NCBI GenBank assembly: GCA_016861205.1
Contig: BOKX01000001.1
Location: 1,076,589 to 1,140,588, forward strand
Direction: 5' to 3'
DNA from: Patescibacteria group bacterium
GTDB lineage: Bacteria > Patescibacteriota > Microgenomatia > UBA1400 > PJMF01
DNA: 64,000 nucleotides
A model generated the notes under the pieces. That model was given only the letters and a program-made list of their open reading frames with translations. It ran no database searches and had not been told where the DNA came from. Below, piece by piece: positions 9,202-18,132 of the stretch; positions within the stretch are counted from its first letter, which is position 1; every line of letters begins with the position of its first letter. Made by a program: the position numbers and the translations under genes.

Positions 9202-9648
9202 TCACCGTAGCCAAAAAATGGTAGCTAGTGTTACCGCTTGTGGTGTCAGTCCTAGCACCATATTTGGAGTGGAGTGGTGCCAGTTTTGGTGAAAATCGTT
9301 GAAAGGCTTTAAAAAAGCCGGCTCCCACTTGAGAAAATTGCGAGGGGCTTCCATGAAGTCAGGTACCAGACCGACAAACGCCCCGATCCAGATATGCCAG
9401 CTTGGTCCCTGGCTGTTTGTTCGCCAAAATAAATAGACCAAAATTACTGAGACAGCTAACTCAACCAACTCCAACCCAATGGCCGTGGTTCGCTTTCGCC
9501 GCCCAGTACTCAGGCCAGTTCCCACATCCCAGTGGGGGATCCAATCCTCGAGATAATGTGAAGCAAAAACGAGCGGAATATACAGAATGGGGTGAGGTAA
9601 CTGGCTAGCGATGAACGCCCCTGTCAAGCTGTGAGAAATGGACAGCAT
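9202..9648 (-). CDS. hypothetical membrane protein, possibly YdjM/DUF457-like metal-dependent hydrolase
   Basis: A 148-aa ORF. The N-terminal His/Asp-containing segment (HSLTG...HYLEDWIPHWD) and the hydrophobic helices give a weak family resemblance only. Confidence 0.4.
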   Translation of the reverse strand: MLSISHSLTGAFIASQLPHPILYIPLVFASHYLEDWIPHWDVGTGLSTGRRKRTTAIGLELVELAVSVILVYLFWRTNSQGPSWHIWIGAFVGLVPDFMEAPRNFLKWEPAFLKPFNDFHQNWHHSTPNMVLGLTPQAVTLATIFWLR

Positions 9649-9732
9649 AGACGATTAGTATACCGCACCGAGCGCCAATTTTGCCTCCACCCAGTCGTTC
9701 ACTACACAGAACGTGATAAGATTACATGGTCT

Positions 9733-10533
9733 ATGTGGCCAATTTTGATTCGTTTCGGAAATTTTCAATTTACCACGCTGAGCTTGTTCATGATCTTAGC
9801 GGTGCTGGTGATCGCGTTTGTATTTTGGCGTAAAACGAAAGATGAGCACTATCAAGAAGAAGAGGCCTTCGATGCTTTTTTGTTGGCTGGTGTCGTGGGA
9901 TTGCTTATTGGGCGAGTGGCCTACGTGCTGTTGCAGTTGCCACGCTGGGGTCTCGATATTGCTAAGTGGTTTGATGTCATTAGCTATCCTGGCAGTATTC
10001 TGATTGCAACGGTGGTGGGAGCGGCTTGGTATCTGCGTCGCCAGGCAATCAAGCAGAAGTGGGATCCCTTTGAGTTGCTCGATTTCTGGGTGACTGCGGT
10101 TGCAGCGGGTTTAAGTGTGGTGTGGTTGGGTCTATTTTTCGATGGTAGCTACATCGGCGATCCAACCCGGATGCCGTGGGGGATTACGTTCCCAGGTTTG
10201 TTCGAAAAACACCATCCAGTACAGCTCTACTTGGCAGCCTATTTTTGGTTGGTTTTCTGGTACTTGAGCCAGGTTGAGTATAAGTATCGGACGTACGCCT
10301 GGTATCAGGGCAATCGCAACACAGCCCAAACGGGTTTTATCACGGCGATGTTTGCCATTTTGGTCAGTTTGGGTGGCTTGGTTTTCAGTTTGGTAGCACC
10401 TAGTTACTTGGTTGTCTTTGGAGTGCCTTTAGACGAGTTGCTGGCCGTGGTTGGTATGTTGTTTGGAGCCGGGCTGTTGTTTGTACGGTCAGGTCGGTCA
10501 TTGCGGCTCGGTCGGTCTGGACGACGAGTTTGA
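9733..10533 (+). CDS. lgt: prolipoprotein diacylglyceryl transferase-like membrane protein (Lgt family, tentative)
   Basis: A polytopic membrane protein. Its segment FDGSYIGDPTRMPWGITFPGL resembles the Lgt signature (G..PT..PWG..FP). It lies immediately upstream of lspA, the usual gene order. The start was set at MWPILIRFGNF. Confidence 0.5.
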   Translation: MWPILIRFGNFQFTTLSLFMILAVLVIAFVFWRKTKDEHYQEEEAFDAFLLAGVVGLLIGRVAYVLLQLPRWGLDIAKWFDVISYPGSILIATVVGAAWYLRRQAIKQKWDPFELLDFWVTAVAAGLSVVWLGLFFDGSYIGDPTRMPWGITFPGLFEKHHPVQLYLAAYFWLVFWYLSQVEYKYRTYAWYQGNRNTAQTGFITAMFAILVSLGGLVFSLVAPSYLVVFGVPLDELLAVVGMLFGAGLLFVRSGRSLRLGRSGRRV

Positions 10534-10554
10534 CCGACTGATACCTAAAAAACC

Positions 10555-10983
10555 ATGAATTCATTGCAGAACTCCATTTCTAGCTTTCGTTGGCCGATTG
10601 CGGCTTTTTTGGCATTAATTGTTACTGATGTAACAACCAAGGAATGGGCAACGCAGCAAGGCTGGAGCCAGCTGAATACGGGGGTGTCGTTTGGTCTGGG
10701 TGCTGAGTACACGAGCGTTGGCTGGATTTTGGTGACAGCGGTTATCTTAGTTTGGTTGACAGTCGCTTGGTGGCGAGAATCTGACCGATGGCGTTGGCCG
10801 CTAACCTGGTTGATTGCTGGAGGTTTTGGCAATCTTCTTGATAGAGTGGTGTGGGGCGGAGTGCGGGACTGGATTCCGTTGTGGCACACCGGAATAAGCA
10901 ACAATGCTGCCGATTGGTTTATTGCCATAGGTCTTGGTTGGTGGTTTGCGGTGTGGTATATCTCAGGACTACCAAGAAGTTGA
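10555..10983 (+). CDS. lspA: lipoprotein signal peptidase II
   Basis: It has the GNLLDRVVWGGVRDWIPL motif and NNAADWFI, the catalytic Asp-containing boxes of LspA. It has the expected four transmembrane helices. Confidence 0.8.
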   Translation: MNSLQNSISSFRWPIAAFLALIVTDVTTKEWATQQGWSQLNTGVSFGLGAEYTSVGWILVTAVILVWLTVAWWRESDRWRWPLTWLIAGGFGNLLDRVVWGGVRDWIPLWHTGISNNAADWFIAIGLGWWFAVWYISGLPRS

Positions 10984-10989
10984 GAGAGT

Positions 10990-11838
10990 ATGAACATATT
11001 GCCGAACGACATTTTATTTGAAGATAAAGATATTTTAGTCCTGAACAAACCAGCTGGCCTGGTTGTAAATCGGGCCGATACTACCAGTGAAGAAACGCTC
11101 CAAGATTGGTTGGCTGAACAAGTTATTGGCGACTGGAGCCAAACTTCTCGGGAAGCATGGTTGCCTTTGGTGCCATCTGAGTTCGCTGCTGAGTATGGTA
11201 CCCCTGAAGAAATTTTTGCTGAACGACTTGGTCTCGTGCATCGACTGGACAAAGAAACGAGTGGCGCCTTGGTACTGGCTAAAAACCCTGGAGCACTGGT
11301 CAATTTACTGGCTCAGTTTAAAAACCGCCAAGTGACCAAGCAATACTTGGCTTTGTGCCACGGTAAATTCGGAGTAGAGCACGATACACTCCATCTGCCA
11401 CTCGGGCGGGCTAGTCACAATCGCCAGCAGTTTGCGGTGCGACCGGACGGCCGGACAGCCGAGACCGAGTACCAAGTCCAGACCTTTTTTCCACATCTGG
11501 ATATCGAAAAGGTGATGGCTTTACCAACTGCCCAAGGTAGTGATATTCGGCGCAAAGCTAAGGTCTATCAGGGGTTTTCGCTGGTAGCCTGTTGGCCGCA
11601 TACTGGTCGCACCCACCAAATTCGGGTGCACCTGGCCCATATCAAACATCCGTTGGTGGGGGATGCTGTCTACGTTGGCAAAAAACGCCAAAGTCTTGAC
11701 GCAGCCTGGTGCCCTCGCCACTTTTTGCACGCGGCCGAGCTGAGTTTTAAACACCCTAGGACGGACCAAACTGTGCATATCTCAGCGCCGCTGACGCCTG
11801 ATTTGGGAGCAGTTTTGGAGTTGTTACTTCGAGATTAA
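10990..11838 (+). CDS. RluA family pseudouridine synthase
   Basis: The catalytic motif HRLDKETSGALVLAKN (HRLD with the Asp nucleophile) is present. The gene length is typical of RluD/RluC-type enzymes. Confidence 0.85.
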   Translation: MNILPNDILFEDKDILVLNKPAGLVVNRADTTSEETLQDWLAEQVIGDWSQTSREAWLPLVPSEFAAEYGTPEEIFAERLGLVHRLDKETSGALVLAKNPGALVNLLAQFKNRQVTKQYLALCHGKFGVEHDTLHLPLGRASHNRQQFAVRPDGRTAETEYQVQTFFPHLDIEKVMALPTAQGSDIRRKAKVYQGFSLVACWPHTGRTHQIRVHLAHIKHPLVGDAVYVGKKRQSLDAAWCPRHFLHAAELSFKHPRTDQTVHISAPLTPDLGAVLELLLRD

Positions 11839-11897
11839 TTGACAGCCTTAGTTTTGGGACTTGCATACATCACGGATGTGCATTTATAATGCCCAAT

Positions 11898-11923
11898 CTA
11901 GTGCCAGTCACTAGTTTTTTTTT
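11898..11923 (+). terminator. rho-independent terminator (CTAGTG-ccagt-CACTAG followed by T9)
   Basis: A perfect 6-bp stem followed by a nine-T run, 60 nt after the rluA-family stop. Confidence 0.5.
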
Positions 11924-12032
11924 GCCAACTAAACTTCATCAAGAACTGATGACACCAATCAGTTCAAACTCAATGTTTATCCTCGCAGACCGCGGGGATT
12001 TTTTTTATCTAAAGAGACTAAGGTAACTCAGC

Positions 12033-12998
12033 ATGACTAACTCAGGCGAACATACCACCAACTTTTCTGCGGCCCAAATGACCGATTGGGTGGGAACCAC
12101 GGGCGCCCCGAACCGCAAGCGTGGTATCAGTCAGATGGTACGGAATTGGCACGGCGATCAGGCGCGAACGCATTTCTTTAATCCTGAAAAAGATTGCGGT
12201 GTGCCAGAGTCCAGCGAACGAGCTGCGGTGCAAGTAGCTTGGCAAAAACTGGGAGTGATTTTGGCAGCGCTTAATGTGCCAACAATCAGCACCTGGCCAC
12301 ACTGGCTCGATCAGGTCATTCCGATTTCTGATGAACGGCGAGCCGAGCTCAGATTGGGCGAGCTGCCAATCGGGTTTTGGGCAGGGGACATTGTCACAAT
12401 TCCTGGCCATAATCCTGACACCATTATGGAAGAGGCTGAGCTCGTTCGATTGGCATATGAACTCGATAAGTTGCCACCTGGCGATTACGCCGCGCGCTAC
12501 AACGCCATTTCGGCCGACAAGAAACGAATGCGCGAACTGTACTGCGAAAAACCCTACTTCTATACCTACTTTAACGTCGGTACAGCCTGGTGGGTGAACA
12601 TGGTTGATGGATCGGTGCCAGCGGCCATGGCTGGGGCTAGTAGTGTCGAGTTCATGGTCAAGTACCGACGCATTCCACATCGAGTTTTGAATGAAGCCTA
12701 CCGCCCAGGCGGATCAGTAGCCCAGTCAGGTCCACGACTTGATTTAGCTTCACTGGCAGCTGAGTACGCGGAAAGCATTATGATTCGAAATAGTGGTGAG
12801 AGCGATGCTGATTGGCAGCCAACCACGCCAGAAGTGTTGGTCATGTTTGCTCGAGCCAGTGTGATGCCTGAACCACAGCTGAGCCAGTTTTTGATAGGTG
12901 GTAGCCCATTTGAGATGTATCCTGCCTTAGCACCCAGTATTATGGCTCTAGACTGGTCACAGCCACCCATAACTGAGTCTGAGGTTGTGGCTGTATAA
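12033..12998 (+). CDS. hypothetical protein
   Basis: A 321-aa ORF after a 190-nt spacer. No recognisable family motif. The antisense 12042..12680 ORF was judged spurious. Confidence 0.5.
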   Translation: MTNSGEHTTNFSAAQMTDWVGTTGAPNRKRGISQMVRNWHGDQARTHFFNPEKDCGVPESSERAAVQVAWQKLGVILAALNVPTISTWPHWLDQVIPISDERRAELRLGELPIGFWAGDIVTIPGHNPDTIMEEAELVRLAYELDKLPPGDYAARYNAISADKKRMRELYCEKPYFYTYFNVGTAWWVNMVDGSVPAAMAGASSVEFMVKYRRIPHRVLNEAYRPGGSVAQSGPRLDLASLAAEYAESIMIRNSGESDADWQPTTPEVLVMFARASVMPEPQLSQFLIGGSPFEMYPALAPSIMALDWSQPPITESEVVAV

Positions 12999-13009
12999 TA
13001 GCCGGAATT

Positions 13010-13297
13010 ATGGATATGACCTACGAACGATTAGCCCAATACATTCCTGCGGAAAGTCGGGTGCTCCGCGATACATTGGACGGCGGATTTACCTGGATGC
13101 GATTGTTGTTACCCAGCTTAATGGGCGTGGATTGTGAAGTTGATCTAGGCGAACAATTGGAAATTGATAACTGGGGCGAAGCTATTGTGATTGTCTACTG
13201 TTTGCGACTCGGTTTGAGTGAAAATGAGGGTGCCCAAATTTGCAAGAAACTGAGAGAAGTTTTACCAACCAAACACATTACTGACGTAGCGGCTTAG
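13010..13297 (+). CDS. small hypothetical protein
   Basis: A 95-aa ORF that begins 12 nt after the previous gene, so it is likely co-transcribed. Confidence 0.35.
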   Translation: MDMTYERLAQYIPAESRVLRDTLDGGFTWMRLLLPSLMGVDCEVDLGEQLEIDNWGEAIVIVYCLRLGLSENEGAQICKKLREVLPTKHITDVAA

Positions 13298-13340
13298 CCA
13301 GCCGAGGCTAGCCGACTTCTAACAGGGAGGAAGGACAGGT

Positions 13341-13979
13341 ATGGCTAGTAGTTCTCGAGTCACCATTGTTGATCATCCTTTTGTCATTGATTCATTGTCA
13401 CATTTACGCGATAAGCAGACGAAAGTCGACAAGTTCCGTCGTCACAGTGACCGCATTTGTACGTTGCTCTTTGCCGAAGCGATTCGCGGTCTGGATTTCC
13501 AAACTGTAACTATCGAAACCCCGTTGAAAGCCATGCAGACGCAAAAACTGGCCGATGAAGTGGTGGTGGTACCAGTTTTGCGTTCTGGTATCTGCATGTT
13601 GTTCGGGGCACTGGAGTTGCTGCCCAAGTCCAAAATTGGCTTTGTGGGACTCGAGCGTGACGAGAAAACGGCAGTGGCTAGTGAGTATTACTGGAAGTTG
13701 CCCAAAATCACATCGAGTAGTGTGGTGATTGTGACTGACCCGATGTTGGCCACTGGTGGCTCGATTTTGCACCTTTTGCGCCGAGTGGCTCAGGAGAAAC
13801 CCAAGCAAATCCGCGTGGTATCAGTCATCGCAGCCCCTGAGGGCATCGCCGCAATTCACCAAGAGTTTCCGGAAGTTGAGATTTTTGTGGGGTCAGTTGA
13901 TGAGTCACTCAATGACCAAAAATACATTGTGCCAGGCCTAGGTGACTATGGTGATCGATATTTTGGTACCGTCGAATGA
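13341..13979 (+). CDS. upp: uracil phosphoribosyltransferase
   Basis: It has the PRPP-binding loop VVIVTDPMLATGGS and the C-terminal motif PGLGDYGDRYFGT, which is diagnostic of Upp. Confidence 0.85.
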   Translation: MASSSRVTIVDHPFVIDSLSHLRDKQTKVDKFRRHSDRICTLLFAEAIRGLDFQTVTIETPLKAMQTQKLADEVVVVPVLRSGICMLFGALELLPKSKIGFVGLERDEKTAVASEYYWKLPKITSSSVVIVTDPMLATGGSILHLLRRVAQEKPKQIRVVSVIAAPEGIAAIHQEFPEVEIFVGSVDESLNDQKYIVPGLGDYGDRYFGTVE

Positions 13980-14018
13980 GATTAGCCAACGCGCCAGTTT
14001 CTAAGGTATAGTGCAAGT

Positions 14019-14807
14019 ATGCACACCGAAAACCAAGCCACCTCTATCTTGCAACAACGTATCAAGTCCATGCCGAGTCAACTCGCTATTTTGGGGAGTG
14101 GCTGGAGTCGCGTGCTTGAAGGAGCTGAGATCGAGGCCGAGGTAGGTTTTCAAGAGTGGTTGGGGGTGTCAGCTAGTGTGCCAGGTCATGACGGCAAACT
14201 GGTGATTGCGAAGCTGAATGGTCACCGAGTTGCGATCATGGCTGGCCGTCTGCATACCTACGAAGGGTACACAGCCGAGCAAGTTACGTTGCCGATTCGA
14301 GTTTTGGCGGCTGCCGGAGTAACTGAACTCCTGGTTACAGCGGCCTGTGGAGGCTTAAATCCAGAGTACCAGGTGGGTGACTTTGTGATTCTCAATGATG
14401 TGATGACGCTGTTTTTGGCTTTGGATAATCCGTTGGTGGGGCCAAAATTCTTGGATATGTCGGCTGTCTTTGATGTCGAGCTGCGGGCAAAAGCCAAGGC
14501 CATCATGACTAAACACCAAATCCGTTTCCAAGAGGGAAGTTACTGTTACTACCACGGTCCCAACTACGAGAGCCCAGTCGACAAACGAGCGCTCCACATC
14601 TTGGGAGCCGATGTGGTTGGGATGAGTACCGTGCCGGAAGTCCTGGTGGCTCGATGGTTAAAGCTGAAAGTAACTGGACTCGCGTTTGTGACTAACCTGG
14701 CCTTTGTGAAACACGACCATAAAGAAGTTTTGGCTGCCGCTGAAGCAGCCAGTAGTCAGATGGTGACGGTGCTACAGGAATTTCTGACCTCAGCATCGGA
14801 AAACTAA
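14019..14807 (+). CDS. purine nucleoside phosphorylase family protein (PNP/MTAP-type)
   Basis: The PNP family-2 core is present (LAILGSGWS ... VPGHDGKLVIAKLNGHRVAIMAGRLHTYEGY ... TAACGGLN ... VGMSTVPE). Confidence 0.8.
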   Translation: MHTENQATSILQQRIKSMPSQLAILGSGWSRVLEGAEIEAEVGFQEWLGVSASVPGHDGKLVIAKLNGHRVAIMAGRLHTYEGYTAEQVTLPIRVLAAAGVTELLVTAACGGLNPEYQVGDFVILNDVMTLFLALDNPLVGPKFLDMSAVFDVELRAKAKAIMTKHQIRFQEGSYCYYHGPNYESPVDKRALHILGADVVGMSTVPEVLVARWLKLKVTGLAFVTNLAFVKHDHKEVLAAAEAASSQMVTVLQEFLTSASEN

Positions 14808-15050
14808 CGTATTTTCGCTACGTGTTGGAGAATGACTTTCTAAAATTCGAAAACACTTACCAAAAATGGTTCTGGTCAAATCCGGCAAAGTAGTGTTTAA
14901 TACACAACCAATACATAGAAAAGGCGAGAGCACCCGACTTTCGCTCCCAAGCTACGAACCCCGCCGGCCCAGTGGGGGGACACCAAGTCGAGCTGAACAG
15001 AACGGTGTTTTTTTTGTACACTGGTCTGTAGTAGCTGACACCAAGCTGAC

Positions 15051-15653
15051 ATGACATCGGCCACCAAACTAGCTTTCCTTCGTCAACGGTTTCTCGAAAC
15101 AGCGTTTATCAAAGATGCGGCCAAAGGCTATATTGTCGCGGCTGAGTTCAACGTCACGATCGATCCTGATATTTTGCAACTGGCCTCAGAATGCTGGGCC
15201 GATCACTTCCGGCAGTTGGGTCACATTGATGCCATTGCCGGCTTGCCAGATGCTGGAAATCGTCTAGTCTCTAAGCTTGCTGACATACTCCGCATTCCGG
15301 TAATTCTGCCTACTAAACGGGCTGCAGTCACACCAGGTTCGTGGGTGAATGTTGTCAGTTATCACAATGATTCTTTTACCACGGGCCAAACCCAAGTTCT
15401 GAGTCATATCGGTTTTGTAAAACCAGGTATGAAAGTGCTTTTGATTGATGATGTGATTGCACACGGTGATACCGCCATAGCTGCGATTTCTGCGCTCCAA
15501 GCAGCTGGGGCAGAGGTAGTGGGGCTGGGAGTCATGTTTGATAAAGCTTGGCAAGGTGGGCTAGCAGCGATTGAGTTACAAACCAAGCTCAAACCACACT
15601 CATTGATTAGTATTACAGAGCTAGCTGGTGAAAAAATAATTTTGGATACCTAA
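15051..15653 (+). CDS. phosphoribosyltransferase family protein (type I PRTase)
   Basis: It has the PRPP-binding motif KVLLIDDVIAHGDTAIAAI. Substrate specificity is not assignable. Confidence 0.65.
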   Translation: MTSATKLAFLRQRFLETAFIKDAAKGYIVAAEFNVTIDPDILQLASECWADHFRQLGHIDAIAGLPDAGNRLVSKLADILRIPVILPTKRAAVTPGSWVNVVSYHNDSFTTGQTQVLSHIGFVKPGMKVLLIDDVIAHGDTAIAAISALQAAGAEVVGLGVMFDKAWQGGLAAIELQTKLKPHSLISITELAGEKIILDT

Positions 15654-15654
15654 G

Positions 15655-16206
15655 ATGATCCGGGAACAAGCACCATATTCGCAACAGCTCAAGGATCAAC
15701 CTCAGGATTTAGCGCGATTATTTTTTGAAGTTAGCATGCAGCATCCGGCTAACGTTGTACAACAGGCACTCGCCATCACTCGAGCCAGCTTAGGCGCAGG
15801 AGTCACTTTTTCTCAAGACACATTTTCGCAAGCTGCAGACCTCATTGTTAGTCGCCAAAAAACCATCGAAAACGCGCATCAGGCCAAGGGTGTGAGCGTC
15901 AAGTTGTCAGCTACTAAAATCCAGGAGGTGTTCGAGGAAGTGATGAACCTGAGCCACATTCTGCGACGGCTGGCTGATCAAGATGCAGAAGTGCTGGCCG
16001 CTTTTACCCAAGAAATGGCTTCCCGTGAGGCTGCTTATCAGCAAGTCCGTTTAGACAGAGATCCAGTTAAGACTGGTGATGAGCACGAGTACTACGTCAG
16101 TATGGCCTACGAAAGCGCCAAAAAAATAGCTCGACAAGCGGGGGTATCGATCAGCGATCTGTTACCCCGAGAACCTGATATATATGATCCCGATGAGTAT
16201 CGGTAA
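15655..16206 (+). CDS. hypothetical protein
   Basis: A 183-aa ORF that starts 2 nt after the PRTase gene. Confidence 0.45.
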   Translation: MIREQAPYSQQLKDQPQDLARLFFEVSMQHPANVVQQALAITRASLGAGVTFSQDTFSQAADLIVSRQKTIENAHQAKGVSVKLSATKIQEVFEEVMNLSHILRRLADQDAEVLAAFTQEMASREAAYQQVRLDRDPVKTGDEHEYYVSMAYESAKKIARQAGVSISDLLPREPDIYDPDEYR

Positions 16207-16230
16207 CACCTGAGAAGGGGAAAAGACATT

Positions 16231-17745
16231 ATGATTCTGATCGTCGATTTTGGCTCTCAAACAGCCCACTTGATTGGTCGCCGACTGCGGCAGCTTGGGA
16301 TTGAGTATCGCTATATCGATCCAGAAACGGTGATGTCTGAGGTCAAGGCGCATCAACCGACCGGTCTGATTTTATCAGGCAGTCCAGCCTTTGTGACCAA
16401 TGAGACTCGAATTGATATTGATTCCAAAATCTATGATCTGGGGATTCCGATTCTCGGGATTTGTTATGGTTGGCAGTTAATGGCCGACCAACTGGGAGGT
16501 ACTGTTAGTGGGGCATATCGCGAATATGGTCCAGAAAAGTTACTGGTTAAAAAAGCCAAGCTTGGTTTGAAAGCACAGAATTATCAAGTCATTATGTCGC
16601 ATGGTAGCTCAGTCACGAAACTGCCAGCCGGCTTTAGTGTTGTCGGGCAAACTGAACAGGGTGAACACGCCATGGCCATGAACCCAACCAAAAAATGGTA
16701 CGGGGTCCAGTTTCATCCAGAAGCTGACCACACCGAAGGTGGCTTGGAGTTATTGGCTGACTTTGCGCTCAAAGAGTGCGGTGAAACAGCTCAACCGCTC
16801 GATTTGAACCCTGAGCACCTGATTGCTGAACTCAAGCAACAACTGGGCGACACCGCTCAAGTCTTATGCGCTGTGTCCGGTGGAGTGGACTCGACCGTGG
16901 CCGCTTTTCTCCTTGGCAAAGCTATTGGTAAGCGCTTAGTTCCAGTCTATGTGGAGAGTGGTTTAATGCGAGAAGGCACAGTCGAGCGAGTCAAGGCTAT
17001 TTTCACCAAACAAGTAAAGGCAAGTCTCGTGGTGATCGACGCCCGTAAAGAATTTATGACTGCACTCAAAGGGGTGACTGACCCCGAGCAGAAACGCAAG
17101 GCGATCGGTAAGCTTTACGTTGAGCTTTTTCAAAAAGAAGCAGCCAAACATCCGGCTGTCGAGTACTTGGGACAGGGGACTATTTACTCTGATGTCATCG
17201 AGTCCAAAGGTTCCAAACATGCCTCACAAATCAAGTCACATCACAACGTGGGTGGTTTGCCGAAAGACATGAAACTCAAACTGATCGAGCCACTACGGAG
17301 TTTTTACAAAGATGAAGTTAGAGAGTTGGGGCGAAGAGCCGGGTTGCCTGAAGAATTGGTGATGGAACAACCATTTCCTGGTCCAGGTTATGCCATTCGA
17401 GTGCGGGGTGAAGTGACGCCCGAGCGGTTGGCCCAAGTAAAGCAAGCTGACCAAATTGTGATCGAAGAAATCACAGCCGCCGGACTCTACGATAAAGTGT
17501 TTCAGTGTTTTGCCATTATGTCTGGAGCGATGAGCACCGCGGTCAAGGGTGATGAGCGAGTGTTTGCCGAAGTCGTTGCCATTCGGGCTTATGAATCCAA
17601 TGACATCATGACTTCCCAGTGGGCACACTTGCCCCATCAAGTTTTGGAGCGCCTATCCCGGCGAATTGTTAATGAAGTACCTCAAGTGTCGCGGGTGGTG
17701 TATGACATTACTACCAAACCACCTGCCACTATGGAGTGGGAGTAA
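16231..17745 (+). CDS. guaA: GMP synthase (glutamine-hydrolysing)
   Basis: An N-terminal class-I amidotransferase domain (ILGICYGWQLM) is followed by an ATP-pyrophosphatase P-loop SGGVDSTV and a C-terminal dimerisation domain. Total length is 504 aa. Confidence 0.9.
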   Translation: MILIVDFGSQTAHLIGRRLRQLGIEYRYIDPETVMSEVKAHQPTGLILSGSPAFVTNETRIDIDSKIYDLGIPILGICYGWQLMADQLGGTVSGAYREYGPEKLLVKKAKLGLKAQNYQVIMSHGSSVTKLPAGFSVVGQTEQGEHAMAMNPTKKWYGVQFHPEADHTEGGLELLADFALKECGETAQPLDLNPEHLIAELKQQLGDTAQVLCAVSGGVDSTVAAFLLGKAIGKRLVPVYVESGLMREGTVERVKAIFTKQVKASLVVIDARKEFMTALKGVTDPEQKRKAIGKLYVELFQKEAAKHPAVEYLGQGTIYSDVIESKGSKHASQIKSHHNVGGLPKDMKLKLIEPLRSFYKDEVRELGRRAGLPEELVMEQPFPGPGYAIRVRGEVTPERLAQVKQADQIVIEEITAAGLYDKVFQCFAIMSGAMSTAVKGDERVFAEVVAIRAYESNDIMTSQWAHLPHQVLERLSRRIVNEVPQVSRVVYDITTKPPATMEWE

Positions 17746-17747
17746 TT

Positions 17748-18050
17748 ATGAGTTTAAGTCACATGAACCGCATTGAAGGTGAAAAAAACATTGCCAAACA
17801 ATGTTTTGTAAAACAGACAGTTCTCGAACAGTATGAACACGTGTTGCCATGGATTCATGACGCCCTACAGGGAGTCAACTTAGTTGGCTTGCCGACTGAA
17901 ACAAAGTATGCTCTAGTTTGGTCACACGCCAAAAATGCTTTAAGTGAAGCAGGACTTGAACACCCAGAGGGACTGACTCGTCCCATTACGATGCTGTACT
18001 GTTTAGTGTATGGGTGGGTTCCTCCAGAGGAAATTGGGATAACTCTCTAA
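17748..18050 (+). CDS. hypothetical protein
   Basis: A roughly 100-aa ORF with its start trimmed to MSLSHMN. A weak hairpin with a T-run follows near 18091-18109. Confidence 0.3.
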   Translation: MSLSHMNRIEGEKNIAKQCFVKQTVLEQYEHVLPWIHDALQGVNLVGLPTETKYALVWSHAKNALSEAGLEHPEGLTRPITMLYCLVYGWVPPEEIGITL

Positions 18051-18132
18051 AGCTCCCACCGAGTTGAGCCAGCTCAGCACATAATGGCAGAACAGCCGCT
18101 GTTTTTTTTATAACTTCCGCTAGAATAACCTC

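Noticed and set aside
10545-11303. 252-aa minus-strand ORF spanning lspA and the RluA-family gene
   Set aside because: It is antisense to two genes with clear catalytic motifs (GNLLDR/NNAADWF and HRLD). It is low-complexity and Ser/Thr-rich, consistent with a GC-driven antisense artefact.
12042-12680. 212-aa minus-strand ORF antisense to the 12033..12998 hypothetical gene
   Set aside because: It overlaps a longer plus-strand ORF that has a proper upstream spacer and downstream gene coupling. No motif supports it, so the longer plus-strand ORF was kept.
14808-15050. ZTP or purine riboswitch upstream of the PRTase gene
   Set aside because: Neither the GGGTCGTGAC...CCGGGCG pseudoknot core of ZTP nor the purine-riboswitch TATA...TTTCTACC...CCGTAAAT core is present.
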